A stretch of DNA of 64,000 nucleotides from Candidatus Shapirobacteria bacterium (lineage in GTDB: Bacteria > Patescibacteriota > Microgenomatia > UBA12405 > BS750m-G30): contig JBDRHA010000006.1 in the NCBI GenBank assembly GCA_043817235.1, positions 78,401-142,400 of the forward strand. The letters run 5' to 3'. Positions 46,276 to 55,865 of this stretch are shown here, piece after piece. A program made the position numbers and the translations under genes. Position 1 is the stretch's first letter. Each line of letters opens with the position of its first letter. Below the pieces are notes generated by a model, which did not search any database, was not told the DNA's origin, and saw only the letters and a program-made list of their open reading frames with translations.

Positions 46276-47370
46276 ATGTTTTCCTTGCTAATCTTCATTT
46301 TCGCTCTTTCTGTTTTAATTATTGTCCATGAATTGGGCCATTTTTGGGCGGCGCGAAGAAAGGGAGTGCTGGTCGAAGAGTTTGGCCTGGGCTATCCGCC
46401 TCGGGCATTGGGTAAAAAAATAGGGGAAACGCTTTATTCTTTAAATTGGCTTCCTTTGGGTGGATTTGTAAGGATTTTGGGAGAAGTGGAATATGGCGAG
46501 AAAATACCGGAAAAATTAAAAAAAAGATCATTGTCTTCCCAAAGCCTAAAAACTAGATTTTTAGTTACGGTAGCTGGGGTAGGGATGAATCTTGTTTTGG
46601 GCGTTGCGATCTTCGCTATTGTTTATTCCGTTTTGGGGATCCCCCGGAGGACTGATTTTATAACAGTAGTTGATGTTTCTCAAGATTCACCTGCGCAAGC
46701 GGCTGGAATTGAAAGCGGCGACAGAATACTGGTTGTCCAGGCAGGGGAGTTTACTCAGGATATTGATCAGATAGACGCTCTTATTAACTTTGCTAACGAG
46801 CATGCGGGTAGTCAAATAAAATTACTGATTGGTCGGAATAACCAGGAAGATTTTTGGGCGGAAGTTGTTCCGCGCCAAAACCCCCCTGAAGGACAGGGAG
46901 CAATGGGCGTAGTTATTTCTCAAACAGAAATCTATATGCCGCCTCTTTGGCAGCGGCCTTTTTGGGGGGCAAAAGAGGGCTTTCAAGAAGCTTATTTTTG
47001 GGGTAAAACAATTGTTTTGGGAATAGGTCAAACTTTGGCCAGCTTGGCTCAAGGAAAAGCGCCGCAAAACATTGCTGGTCCGGTGGGTATTTATCAGGCA
47101 ACCTCCACAATTCAAAAAGAATCGGGCAATTGGGCTGTTCTTCATTTTTTTGGAGTTCTTTCGGTAAATTTGGCGGTGGTGAATTTACTTCCCTTTCCGG
47201 CGCTAGACGGCTCGCGTATTTGGCTGCTTGCTTGGGAGGGGGTTGCCAAAAAAAGGCCAAACCCCAAAATAGAATTTTGGCTTTATCAAATCGGAATATT
47301 CTTTTTGATTCTTCTTCTTGTCTTGGTGACTTTTGCGGATATTCGCCGGCTTAAAAACAGCGGCGTTTAA
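46276..47370 (+). CDS. rseP: RIP metalloprotease RseP with PDZ domain
   Basis: HELGH, LPLGGFV, SPAQAAG PDZ, NLLPFPALDG. Confidence 0.93.
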   Translation: MFSLLIFIFALSVLIIVHELGHFWAARRKGVLVEEFGLGYPPRALGKKIGETLYSLNWLPLGGFVRILGEVEYGEKIPEKLKKRSLSSQSLKTRFLVTVAGVGMNLVLGVAIFAIVYSVLGIPRRTDFITVVDVSQDSPAQAAGIESGDRILVVQAGEFTQDIDQIDALINFANEHAGSQIKLLIGRNNQEDFWAEVVPRQNPPEGQGAMGVVISQTEIYMPPLWQRPFWGAKEGFQEAYFWGKTIVLGIGQTLASLAQGKAPQNIAGPVGIYQATSTIQKESGNWAVLHFFGVLSVNLAVVNLLPFPALDGSRIWLLAWEGVAKKRPNPKIEFWLYQIGIFFLILLLVLVTFADIRRLKNSGV

Positions 47371-47475
47371 AGATCATCTTGTAATTATCTCCTTTTGTTC
47401 TAACTCCCTCTTGACATTAATTTTAAAATGCTTTTTAATGGAGATAATCTAAAATTTTAGCTAGAGATTAATTAA

Positions 47476-49581
47476 GTGTTTAAAAAAGAAAAAATAATTC
47501 TGAAATCTTCTCAAAATTTTCAAAAGGGAGTAATTCAGCTTCCGATTATTTTGGGCTTGGTTGTTTTGGCTGTTACTTTGCCCGCCGCGGTGCTTCTCAC
47601 CAGCCAGGTTCAAGAAACGAGACGGGGAGCTGCTGAGGGTACAATATTAGCAACCTGCCATGACCCTTGGGTTAGCGCATCGGAGGCAGTATCAGGCGGA
47701 GAAGTTATTTATAGGCCGAGCTATGATGGCTGGACTTCTAATTTAAGACTTTATTATGGAAATACGATGAATCGGGCAGAAATGACTAATAATCCCAATA
47801 ATTTACGCTGTGATGATCCGGCCAGTGGATGTAAAGTTAACGATGGTCGGTGTATTTGTACTGTAAATGGACAAAAAGGCAATACTTTATGGTTTTTTAA
47901 TAATATTAGCAAGGAAATTAATGGCACTCAGTATCTTTGCACCTGGGATGATCGCTGGATGAAATATGATCCCGAGCAGGGCTGGTTAATGGATATTGGC
48001 CCTGGGCCAAGCTATAGTTGTATTAATAACTGTGAAGTTTCCGTTCGGGTTACATCTTCAGACCAGGATGGGAGTACTTGTCTTGCTCATGGGGGAGCTT
48101 GTTCAGCCGCTAATTGTTCTGGAGGCATGACCGATATTGGCTCTCTAGATTGTCCAGCCGATGCTCCTTATCCAGTGCCTTATACGCCACATTGCTGTGT
48201 ACCCAAAGTACAACCAGATGGGAGTGAGTGTGCAGCCCAGGGAGGTTCTTGTTCGGCTACGGCTTGTCCTGCTGGCTTGGCTGATCTTGGCTCCTTGGAT
48301 TGTTCAGCCGATAACTATCCAGTTCCTGTTGATCCTCATTGCTGTTTGGCTAGTGTTGCCAATACTCCTGTTCCCATAGAGCCTACCCCTACTTCTAGCA
48401 TCGGTGCTTGTACCCAGCCTTCGGCGATCGGGACGAGCGGGCCGAGGGGCTGTGTTGGTCCGACTAATACTTTTACAATAACCGACACGGGCATTGACTG
48501 CTATCCTCACGGTGCCCAGATTTTAATTTACGAGCAAGAAGATGTGGGCAGTGATGGCGAAGTAATTGCTGGCGCCCAAAACTATGGTAATGATATTTTT
48601 GCCTGGGGTGCTTTTCAAAAAGCAGGGGATAAGTATTCCGTCGAAAAAACTTTAGCAGAAGACTTGTATTATTGGCGCGGCTGGTCACGGCTTTCTCCTG
48701 ATCTTTATCCGGATTCCGGCGGAATACGCAGTGTAAAGCTTAATTGGCGTCCTTTTGAAGTTGATGCTGCTGGCCCCGAAGCGCCGGTAATTGAATCAAT
48801 CACTTGCAGCCCGGATTCCATTCGTTTGCAATGGGAATCCCGGGAAGTTGATCAGGGCTGCGCCGGAATTCCCGAAGGACTTAACTATGGAGCTTACGAT
48901 TATCAGTTTAGCCGGACTCCGAATTTTACGCTTCAAGATCGGCTGGAAAGCGGTAGCCATTGGACTGACAATAATTCCGGCCAAATAACAGGCGCTTTTA
49001 GCGGTACAGTTTATGCTCGGGTGAAAGTTCGGGATAAGGTGTGGAATACTTCTTCCTGGAGCCGAACTTCTTGCGAGATTGCTCCGCCCGAGGCGCAAGA
49101 ATGTCTTGTTAGCGGGTTAACTATTAATAATAGCTTCCCAAATCAGTTAGTTTTGTCTTGGAGCACTGTTAATCCCGAAGAAGCCGATCAAATTAGCATT
49201 GAGCGGGGAGAGCAGCTTGTTGCTTCTCTTGAAACCGCAGAAACATCTTGGCATGATACCGGGGTAATTTGCGGAAACACTTATGAATACCGAGTTTCGT
49301 GCTTAAAGACTCAAGCCGGAGGAGAAAATTTATTTTACAATTCCTCAAATATTGTTTCTGCTCAAGTTCAGCCTTGCGCGCCCGAATGCCCGATTGGGGA
49401 TTTAGATGATGATTGCGATGTAGATTTAGCGGATATTGGAAAGTTAGTTTTGCAGTGGTCGGGCGGAAGCGATTCCTCCGGCCCTGTTTCGGGTAAGTGG
49501 GCGGATCTAAGTGGCGATTCTAAAGTTAATGAAATTGATCTGGCGATTTTGCTAAGATCTTGGACAGGTTCGCGAAACTAG
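47476..49581 (+). CDS. Cys-rich surface protein: pilin-like leader, defensin-like repeats, FN3-like domains, C-terminal dockerin
   Basis: QKG|VIQLP hydrophobic leader; GDLDDDCDVDLADI...ADLSGDSKVNEIDL duplicated EF-hand-like loops. Confidence 0.75.
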   Translation: MFKKEKIILKSSQNFQKGVIQLPIILGLVVLAVTLPAAVLLTSQVQETRRGAAEGTILATCHDPWVSASEAVSGGEVIYRPSYDGWTSNLRLYYGNTMNRAEMTNNPNNLRCDDPASGCKVNDGRCICTVNGQKGNTLWFFNNISKEINGTQYLCTWDDRWMKYDPEQGWLMDIGPGPSYSCINNCEVSVRVTSSDQDGSTCLAHGGACSAANCSGGMTDIGSLDCPADAPYPVPYTPHCCVPKVQPDGSECAAQGGSCSATACPAGLADLGSLDCSADNYPVPVDPHCCLASVANTPVPIEPTPTSSIGACTQPSAIGTSGPRGCVGPTNTFTITDTGIDCYPHGAQILIYEQEDVGSDGEVIAGAQNYGNDIFAWGAFQKAGDKYSVEKTLAEDLYYWRGWSRLSPDLYPDSGGIRSVKLNWRPFEVDAAGPEAPVIESITCSPDSIRLQWESREVDQGCAGIPEGLNYGAYDYQFSRTPNFTLQDRLESGSHWTDNNSGQITGAFSGTVYARVKVRDKVWNTSSWSRTSCEIAPPEAQECLVSGLTINNSFPNQLVLSWSTVNPEEADQISIERGEQLVASLETAETSWHDTGVICGNTYEYRVSCLKTQAGGENLFYNSSNIVSAQVQPCAPECPIGDLDDDCDVDLADIGKLVLQWSGGSDSSGPVSGKWADLSGDSKVNEIDLAILLRSWTGSRN

Positions 49582-49588
49582 CATTAAG

Positions 49589-51241
49589 ATGAAAAAGGAA
49601 AACAAAAACATTCTGATTCTTTTAGGATTGCTTATTGCTCTGCCAGTAGTGGTTTGGGTGATTAATCAAGCGACAAATCTTCGCCAAAGAGCCACCGGAA
49701 CAAGAAAGTTAGCCGAAGTATATCTTCGGGATACCTCTTCAAATCCCAGCGCTTTGCGCGAGTCAGGAGACGTGGTTCCTTTTGAGATAAGGATAAAGCC
49801 AGATTCTTCTTTTAGCTTGATTACGGCCGGGGTGGAAATTGATTATCCGGAAAACATTATAGAGGTGTCTGGTCTTGGCTGTGCCGAAACTTTAAGCAGG
49901 GAAGTTGTTAATGAAATAGATGATGGCCTCTTAAAAATTTCTTGCTATTATCAGAATAGCAATCAAAGTATTCCTTTTAGCGGAGGTGAAGATTTTGTTT
50001 TGGCTCGCTTTAATGCTACGGTTAAAGAGGCTGCTGAAGTAAGCCAGCTGGCTTCGGTAACCTTTAACGTCAGCCGAACCAATATTCCGGACATTTCCCA
50101 AGAGGTTATTGATGATGTAGCCAGTGATGGCATACCTTATGATCTTCCCTTGGCTTATGCCCCAACCCCGCAAGAATTAGTTTGCGACTTGCGCTGTGAG
50201 GATGGGACTCAAGCTTGTCCCTCTAGAGTTCAAGAGGGCAGAATATTAAGTTTTTATGCAAATATCTCGGGAGCCGGAAGTGAGATAGACCCCTACAGGT
50301 GGATGTCACAGTATGAGGAAAATGATCCGGTCTTGTTAGCCGATGAGGGCGCGACCACTGATTGTGCGAATGACGGTCTTTGCCAGGTTACTCAAGATTG
50401 GCCAGCTCCTCAAGGAGCAGCCGGCTCTTATTTGATTAGCTTTAGTTTTCAAATTGGCAGTGAACAGTCTGGCTGCCAGCACATTGTTGAGGTAGAAGAT
50501 CAAGACGGCAGTGAATGCCAAAGCAGAGATGGAACATGCTCAGCCGCTAGTTGTTCCGAAGGTACGACAAATATTGGTTCTTTAGACTGTCCAACAGATG
50601 CTCCTTATCCTGTTCCTTATACGCCTCATTGCTGTGTTGAAGATGAAGATCCAAATATTCCAGATCAAGACGGTAGCCTTTGTTTAGAAAGCGGCGGCAC
50701 TTGTTCGGCTACTTCTTGCGATTCTGGATTCATCAATGCAGGAGCGATGGATTGTCCGGAAAGCGAAAACGATACCCCTGAAGGACCTTACTGCTGTGTG
50801 CCGCAAGGACAACCAACGCCCACGCCTACCCCCGGAGAATGCTTAGCTGTATGCGAAGCTCGGGGTTGTGTTGGTCGGACTTGCCGGGAGGAGGGTTGCT
50901 TCCCCTTAGAGGTTGATGCTGACAATGGAGTCTGTAGTCTAGATCGGAGCTGTTGCTGTTTTAATTGTCCGCCGGAAGCACCCACTGCTACCCCCACCCC
51001 GGATGATAATTTGCCCACTGTTCCGGTTTCTGAGTGCGTCTGCACCAACGACGAAGCCGGGTTACTGCGGGCTCAAGGGGACGCCAATTGTAATGGCCAG
51101 ACGGATCTAATTGACTACAGCATTTGGTTTGATATATTTATTAGAGGAGGAGCTGCTTACGGAGAAAAAGGAGACTTAAATTGCCAAAACGGGGTGACTA
51201 TAGATGATTATGAAATTTGGCGGTCCCATTTTGATTTTTAA
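49589..51241 (+). CDS. Cohesin-like + Cys repeats + dockerin surface protein
   Basis: AGVEIDYPE..IEV...LARF cohesin-like region; GDANCNGQTDLID...GDLNCQNGVTIDD. Confidence 0.7.
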   Translation: MKKENKNILILLGLLIALPVVVWVINQATNLRQRATGTRKLAEVYLRDTSSNPSALRESGDVVPFEIRIKPDSSFSLITAGVEIDYPENIIEVSGLGCAETLSREVVNEIDDGLLKISCYYQNSNQSIPFSGGEDFVLARFNATVKEAAEVSQLASVTFNVSRTNIPDISQEVIDDVASDGIPYDLPLAYAPTPQELVCDLRCEDGTQACPSRVQEGRILSFYANISGAGSEIDPYRWMSQYEENDPVLLADEGATTDCANDGLCQVTQDWPAPQGAAGSYLISFSFQIGSEQSGCQHIVEVEDQDGSECQSRDGTCSAASCSEGTTNIGSLDCPTDAPYPVPYTPHCCVEDEDPNIPDQDGSLCLESGGTCSATSCDSGFINAGAMDCPESENDTPEGPYCCVPQGQPTPTPTPGECLAVCEARGCVGRTCREEGCFPLEVDADNGVCSLDRSCCCFNCPPEAPTATPTPDDNLPTVPVSECVCTNDEAGLLRAQGDANCNGQTDLIDYSIWFDIFIRGGAAYGEKGDLNCQNGVTIDDYEIWRSHFDF

Positions 51242-51254
51242 GAATTAAAAAGAC

Positions 51255-53207
51255 ATGAAAATGAAGGAAAATTCTAAAATAATTATTTTAAGCTTATTAA
51301 TTATTTCTTTAGCCGTAGCTGTAAGTTTGGTTCAAAAAATTCAAGAAACTCGGCGAGGAGCGGCTGGCGAAGGATTGGCTGTTGCTATTTTGCCCTCTTC
51401 CGAAAATTTGGAAACTGGAGACAAAATTATTACTTATCTAGATGTTGCCCAGCCGGAAGGAAAGTATATTTCCACTTTTGCCTTGAAAATTAACTATGAT
51501 AAGCAAAAACTAAAACTTTTGACCAGCAGTTCCGGCCAAGCGGCAGGAAGCGATAATATATTGCTAAGCGCTTTTAGCGCTAGTGCCCAAGGTCAAATTT
51601 CAATTATTGGAGGAACAAATAGTTTAATTTCAGGGAGTACTCGAGTAATAAAGCTTGAGTTTGAAGCTTTAGCTTCTGGAGAAGCTACTGTTAGTCTGAA
51701 TACTTCAGGAAGCTATATAACAGCTTGCGGAGTCTCTGATAATAGTTGCGCGCCTAATTCCGAAATAACAATTACCGATTTTTTCGCTCCCTCGGCAACT
51801 TATAAAATTGGGGAAATAGGCGGGGAAAGACCAGAAATATCTTTATATTTGTCTCCTTCTTCGAGCGAAAAAAAAATCAACGAGCAGTTTCCCGTCATTA
51901 TTCGAGCAAATAGCGGCAATCATAAGATCAGTGGTGTGGAGCTTGTCTTCACTTATAACCCAACTCTTTTAGAAGTGGTGAGCATTGATCTTCCGGTGGG
52001 TTCTGATCAGCCTTTTGACTCTGCTTTAACTAAAGAGATTAATAATGGCCAGGTAAGAATAGTGGCTACGGCTTCCCGGACTGACAATAGCTTATTAGCG
52101 AGCGGCAGTTTTGATATTGCTACTTTAAACATAAAAGGCAAGCAATTAGGTTCGGCTAATTTTAGCCTGCAAGCAGCAGATTTTAGCGGAGTGAGTGTCG
52201 CGGGAAATAATTTGGATAATGAAATAGTTCTTCCTGTTTCTTTAGCAGGAGAGTATAGCATTGTGCAAGAGCCGACTTCTTCCTGCAGTGACTCTGACGG
52301 CGGCTATGCGCCTTTTGTTTCGGGAACGGTAACTACTGATGAAGGAATTTTTTCTGATTATTGCCAAAATAGCGAAGCCTTGGTGGAATATTATTGTTAC
52401 GGCAGTCCGGCTCAGGCCGAGTCTGATACTGAGAATTGTTCTGAAGCCTATAGCGGTGGACTTGGAGCTTGCTCCAACGGAGCCTGTGTAGAGCTTAGCC
52501 CAACTGTAACACCAACTTTGCCGGAGAGCTGTACGGTTGAAGGAGAGACTGGATATTGCGAGGAGATTAATAATTCTTGCGAGCAGGGCACAGCTGGCCG
52601 CACCGGAGAGAATATTTGTTTAGGAAGAGGAAAGTGCTGCATAGAGCAAGAGGCAAATACTCCTATTAGTATAGGTTTAAAGGTTAAATTCGACGGAGTG
52701 AATCATCAAATTCCTGACCAAAAAATACTGCTGACCGTAAAAAAAGCAGGCATCGGCAATGAGCCCAGATATGTAGAAATGGAAAGCAACGAGAGCGGAA
52801 TTTTGTCCGGCCAGGTAAGCTTAACTGACGTAGCGCCTGGGGCAGGATACTATTTGATTATTAAAGGTCCTAAGCATGTAGCCGAGAGATTTTGTATTGA
52901 CGGCCAAGAGAGCCGCTGTTCATCGGGTCAGACTTTAACTTTAGGGCAGGAAAACGATTTTGATTTTAGCGGCTGGGCCCTTCCGGCGGGAGATATTGCT
53001 AATGGTCAGGGCCGGCTAATTCAGGACGGTATAGTTGATAGTGCTGATTTTAATGTGCTCCTAAATGCTCTTGCTAGCAAAGACCCTGATATCAGAGCCC
53101 AAGCCAATTTAAGCTATAATATTTATGAAGGCGAAGAAAATGTTACTACTAGGGATATTAATTTATATTTTGCTACTCTAAAAGTCCGTTATGACGATGA
53201 TTATTGA
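51255..53207 (+). CDS. Two cohesin-like domains + Cys-rich modules + dockerin-like C-terminus
   Basis: INYDKQKL...LEFEALASGEATV; ISGVELVFTYNPTLLEV; GD...QDGIVDSADF. Confidence 0.72.
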   Translation: MKMKENSKIIILSLLIISLAVAVSLVQKIQETRRGAAGEGLAVAILPSSENLETGDKIITYLDVAQPEGKYISTFALKINYDKQKLKLLTSSSGQAAGSDNILLSAFSASAQGQISIIGGTNSLISGSTRVIKLEFEALASGEATVSLNTSGSYITACGVSDNSCAPNSEITITDFFAPSATYKIGEIGGERPEISLYLSPSSSEKKINEQFPVIIRANSGNHKISGVELVFTYNPTLLEVVSIDLPVGSDQPFDSALTKEINNGQVRIVATASRTDNSLLASGSFDIATLNIKGKQLGSANFSLQAADFSGVSVAGNNLDNEIVLPVSLAGEYSIVQEPTSSCSDSDGGYAPFVSGTVTTDEGIFSDYCQNSEALVEYYCYGSPAQAESDTENCSEAYSGGLGACSNGACVELSPTVTPTLPESCTVEGETGYCEEINNSCEQGTAGRTGENICLGRGKCCIEQEANTPISIGLKVKFDGVNHQIPDQKILLTVKKAGIGNEPRYVEMESNESGILSGQVSLTDVAPGAGYYLIIKGPKHVAERFCIDGQESRCSSGQTLTLGQENDFDFSGWALPAGDIANGQGRLIQDGIVDSADFNVLLNALASKDPDIRAQANLSYNIYEGEENVTTRDINLYFATLKVRYDDDY

Positions 53208-53226
53208 TTTTTCTAGATGATAAAAA

Positions 53227-53850
53227 ATGAAAGATAAAAAAGATAAAACCACTTCTTCCATGGGCCTGATTGTTATTGCTTTATCGGTTTTTATTATTGC
53301 TGAGTCGATTTGGCTTGTGGGCAAATTGGAGGAAATAGGCCAAAATACCGGTTCTTCTTCCCGGGGGACGCCGGCGGGCGAACTGTCTAAGGTTAACCAA
53401 GAGGGAGCTCTTTTTACTTTGGCTGGGCCAGACCAAGTGGGGCAGGGCGAGCTATTTACGGTTACGGCTTTGCTGACGACTCAAGAAGATGTGCTTACTC
53501 ATGGCTTGGATGTTGTTTTGAATTACGATCCAAAGATGTTGGAAGTAATTGGCCTGGCTAAGCTTGACTCTGATTCTCCTTTGGGAACTATTGGCTTAAA
53601 TGTAGCTGAAGAGGACAAGGAAAGAGTTTTAGTTAGCCTGCTGGAAGTAGATAATCTTGAGGGAGTAATTTTGGCTTTCGGCCAAGAATATAAGCTTTTT
53701 TCTTTACAGCTTAGGGCGATAGCGAGCGGAAAGACAGCAATTAATTTAGAAACAGATCAAGAAAAAGCCCGAAAAACTCAAATATTAGATGCTAAACTGG
53801 ATAGATCTTTGCCTCTTGACAAAGAGGACCTAGAAGTGATTATCTTGTGA
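53227..53850 (+). CDS. Membrane-anchored cohesin-domain protein
   Basis: N-terminal TM; GLDVVLNYDPKMLEV...LRAIASGKTAI. Confidence 0.7.
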   Translation: MKDKKDKTTSSMGLIVIALSVFIIAESIWLVGKLEEIGQNTGSSSRGTPAGELSKVNQEGALFTLAGPDQVGQGELFTVTALLTTQEDVLTHGLDVVLNYDPKMLEVIGLAKLDSDSPLGTIGLNVAEEDKERVLVSLLEVDNLEGVILAFGQEYKLFSLQLRAIASGKTAINLETDQEKARKTQILDAKLDRSLPLDKEDLEVIIL

Positions 53851-54614
53851 CAATGAAGTTGGGATTAAAAATATTTTCTGCTCTAATCTTTCTTTTCTTT
53901 TTGAGCCTAGCAAGGCCGGCTTGGGCTTTGGCCGGGCCTCGTTTTTATCTTGACCCTGCCAGCGGAAGCTATTCTGTGAGCGAAGATTTTACTGTTTCTG
54001 TAAAAATTGATCCTGCCGGAAATGATATTGTTTCCATTGATGCAATTTTGAATTTTGATGCAGACAAGCTAAAGGTAACCGATGTTCAGGCGGAAAGTTA
54101 TTTTGTTGGGCCACTTGGCAACCAGCAGGGTTTTAATTATATATTGGATAATGACGCAGGCGAGATACAGCTTTATTCTTTTATGAGGGAGACTAATTCA
54201 ACAATAAATACAGCGGGGGCGATTGCTAAGATTTATTTTGAAGCTAAAGAAGAGGGAACAGCAAGTGTTACTTTCGTTTGCTCGTCTAATATTGAGGGCG
54301 ATTCCAGCATCTGGACAGCAGAAGGTGAAGATTTAATTGATTGTGATTCGGTTGGTTCGGGAAGTTATACTATTAGCGACGGGGGAGATATGCCTGATCC
54401 TACTAATGCTCCTGTTCCTACGGCAACCAGCGCTCCGGTAGATGATGATACCCCCGTTCCAACCAGTACGCCGGCGGGTACCGGAGGAGAGAGCGCCACG
54501 AATACTCCCACAAGCGCTCAGCTGATGGACAGCGGGATAGTGGAGCCCTTAGTAGTGGCTGTATTTTTGGGCAGCGTATTTATTGCTTTAGGATTTTTGG
54601 GCTTAATTTGGTAA
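53847..54614 (+). CDS. Cohesin-domain protein with P/T linker and C-terminal sorting-like anchor
   Basis: Signal peptide (AWA); SIDAILNFDADKLKV...IYFEAKEEGTASV; LMDSG followed by a TM. Confidence 0.72.
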   Translation: MTMKLGLKIFSALIFLFFLSLARPAWALAGPRFYLDPASGSYSVSEDFTVSVKIDPAGNDIVSIDAILNFDADKLKVTDVQAESYFVGPLGNQQGFNYILDNDAGEIQLYSFMRETNSTINTAGAIAKIYFEAKEEGTASVTFVCSSNIEGDSSIWTAEGEDLIDCDSVGSGSYTISDGGDMPDPTNAPVPTATSAPVDDDTPVPTSTPAGTGGESATNTPTSAQLMDSGIVEPLVVAVFLGSVFIALGFLGLIW

Positions 54615-54615
54615 A

Positions 54616-55284
54616 ATGGAAGAGCAAGTGAATAATAATCAGCCTTTGGCGGCGGCACCAGTGGAAAGTCCTCCTGCTCAGCCTACTCAGCCGGAAGCAA
54701 AACCGAAGAAGAATTTAAAAACAATAATTATCGTTCTTTTGTTATTTGTGGCCGGAATTGCTTCAGTTTTGGGAATAAACAAGGTGAAAAATTATTTGGG
54801 CGGGGCAGCGGCTGATGAAGAGCCCAAGAATGTTCAAGCTACGGCATTGGATACTTCGGCAACAATATCCTGGCAAACAGATAAATCGGTTTTAGGAACA
54901 GTGGAATACGGCACTAACCAGGCCAGTATGCTTCTTAGGGCTCCGGAGTCTGCACCGAGTGCTACTCACCGGATTGCTTTGTCTCCTTTAAAATCAGATA
55001 CGGTTTATTATTATCGGATTAGAATTGGAGAAACGCTTTACGACAACAATGGTTTGCCTTTTTCTTTTCGCACCAAAGCGGCGGCGGCTGCTCCTACTAT
55101 TGCTCCGATAGTTAGCCCAACTGCCGCTCCCACTATAGCATCGGGAAGCTGTGAATTAATTCAGGTTTGTAATCAAACCGATTTTGAGGGGGAAATGGGT
55201 GGCACTGACTGTCAATATGATTTTGATGAAAATGGAATTGTCAACACTCGGGATTGGATTGAATGCCTTAAAATCAACCGCTAA
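54616..55284 (+). CDS. TM + FN3-like domain + single dockerin-like loop
   Basis: SATISWQTD...VEYG...LKSDTVYYYRI; YDFDENGIVNTRD. Confidence 0.7.
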   Translation: MEEQVNNNQPLAAAPVESPPAQPTQPEAKPKKNLKTIIIVLLLFVAGIASVLGINKVKNYLGGAAADEEPKNVQATALDTSATISWQTDKSVLGTVEYGTNQASMLLRAPESAPSATHRIALSPLKSDTVYYYRIRIGETLYDNNGLPFSFRTKAAAAAPTIAPIVSPTAAPTIASGSCELIQVCNQTDFEGEMGGTDCQYDFDENGIVNTRDWIECLKINR

Positions 55285-55363
55285 GCCGAAACTCCTGGTT
55301 GTCAAATATATTTTTTCAGGGTAAACTTTGATGTGATTATAAAAAAGGAGGTGGATGTTTTGG

Positions 55364-55558
55364 ATGAGTATTACAGTAAACAAAAAAAAGGGAGAGAGCA
55401 AAGAAGAACTAATATCTCGTTTTCGCAAGCTATTTTTGGAGGCTGGCATTACCGACAAGATAAGAGAAAAAGCGGCTTATATCAGTCCTTCCCGCCGACG
55501 CTATGAAAAAAAGAAAGTTCAGGAATCTTTAAGAAGACGAGGGTCAAGTGAAAAATAA
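55364..55558 (+). CDS. rpsU: 30S ribosomal protein S21
   Basis: KKGES.E.LI.RFRK...YISPS.RR; upstream of yqeY. Confidence 0.85.
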   Translation: MSITVNKKKGESKEELISRFRKLFLEAGITDKIREKAAYISPSRRRYEKKKVQESLRRRGSSEK

Positions 55559-55859
55559 AAAAGAGATTGCCATTATAGTTCAGCTTAAAAAAGAAATTCA
55601 CCAGGCTATTTTAAGCCAGGAAAAAGAAAAAGCCGAATCTTTAAAATACTTACTTTCTCTTTTGGAAAAAGAATCTTTTCGCCAGGATAGTTTTAGCCAA
55701 GAAAAGGCGCTTCAGGTTTTAAATAGAGAAATGAAGAAAAAGAAAGAAGCTTTAGTCTTATTTGAAAAAGGAAGCAGAGAGGATTTAGCCAAAAAAGAAA
55801 AACAGGACATTGTTTGGCTAGAAAAACTCTTGCCTCTGGCCTTAGAAGAGCAGGGTTAA
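55548..55859 (+). CDS. GatB/YqeY domain protein (short)
   Basis: E.KKKKEA...FEKG.REDLA.KE......LP; follows rpsU. Confidence 0.8.
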   Translation: MKNKKEIAIIVQLKKEIHQAILSQEKEKAESLKYLLSLLEKESFRQDSFSQEKALQVLNREMKKKKEALVLFEKGSREDLAKKEKQDIVWLEKLLPLALEEQG

Positions 55860-55865
55860 CAAAAA

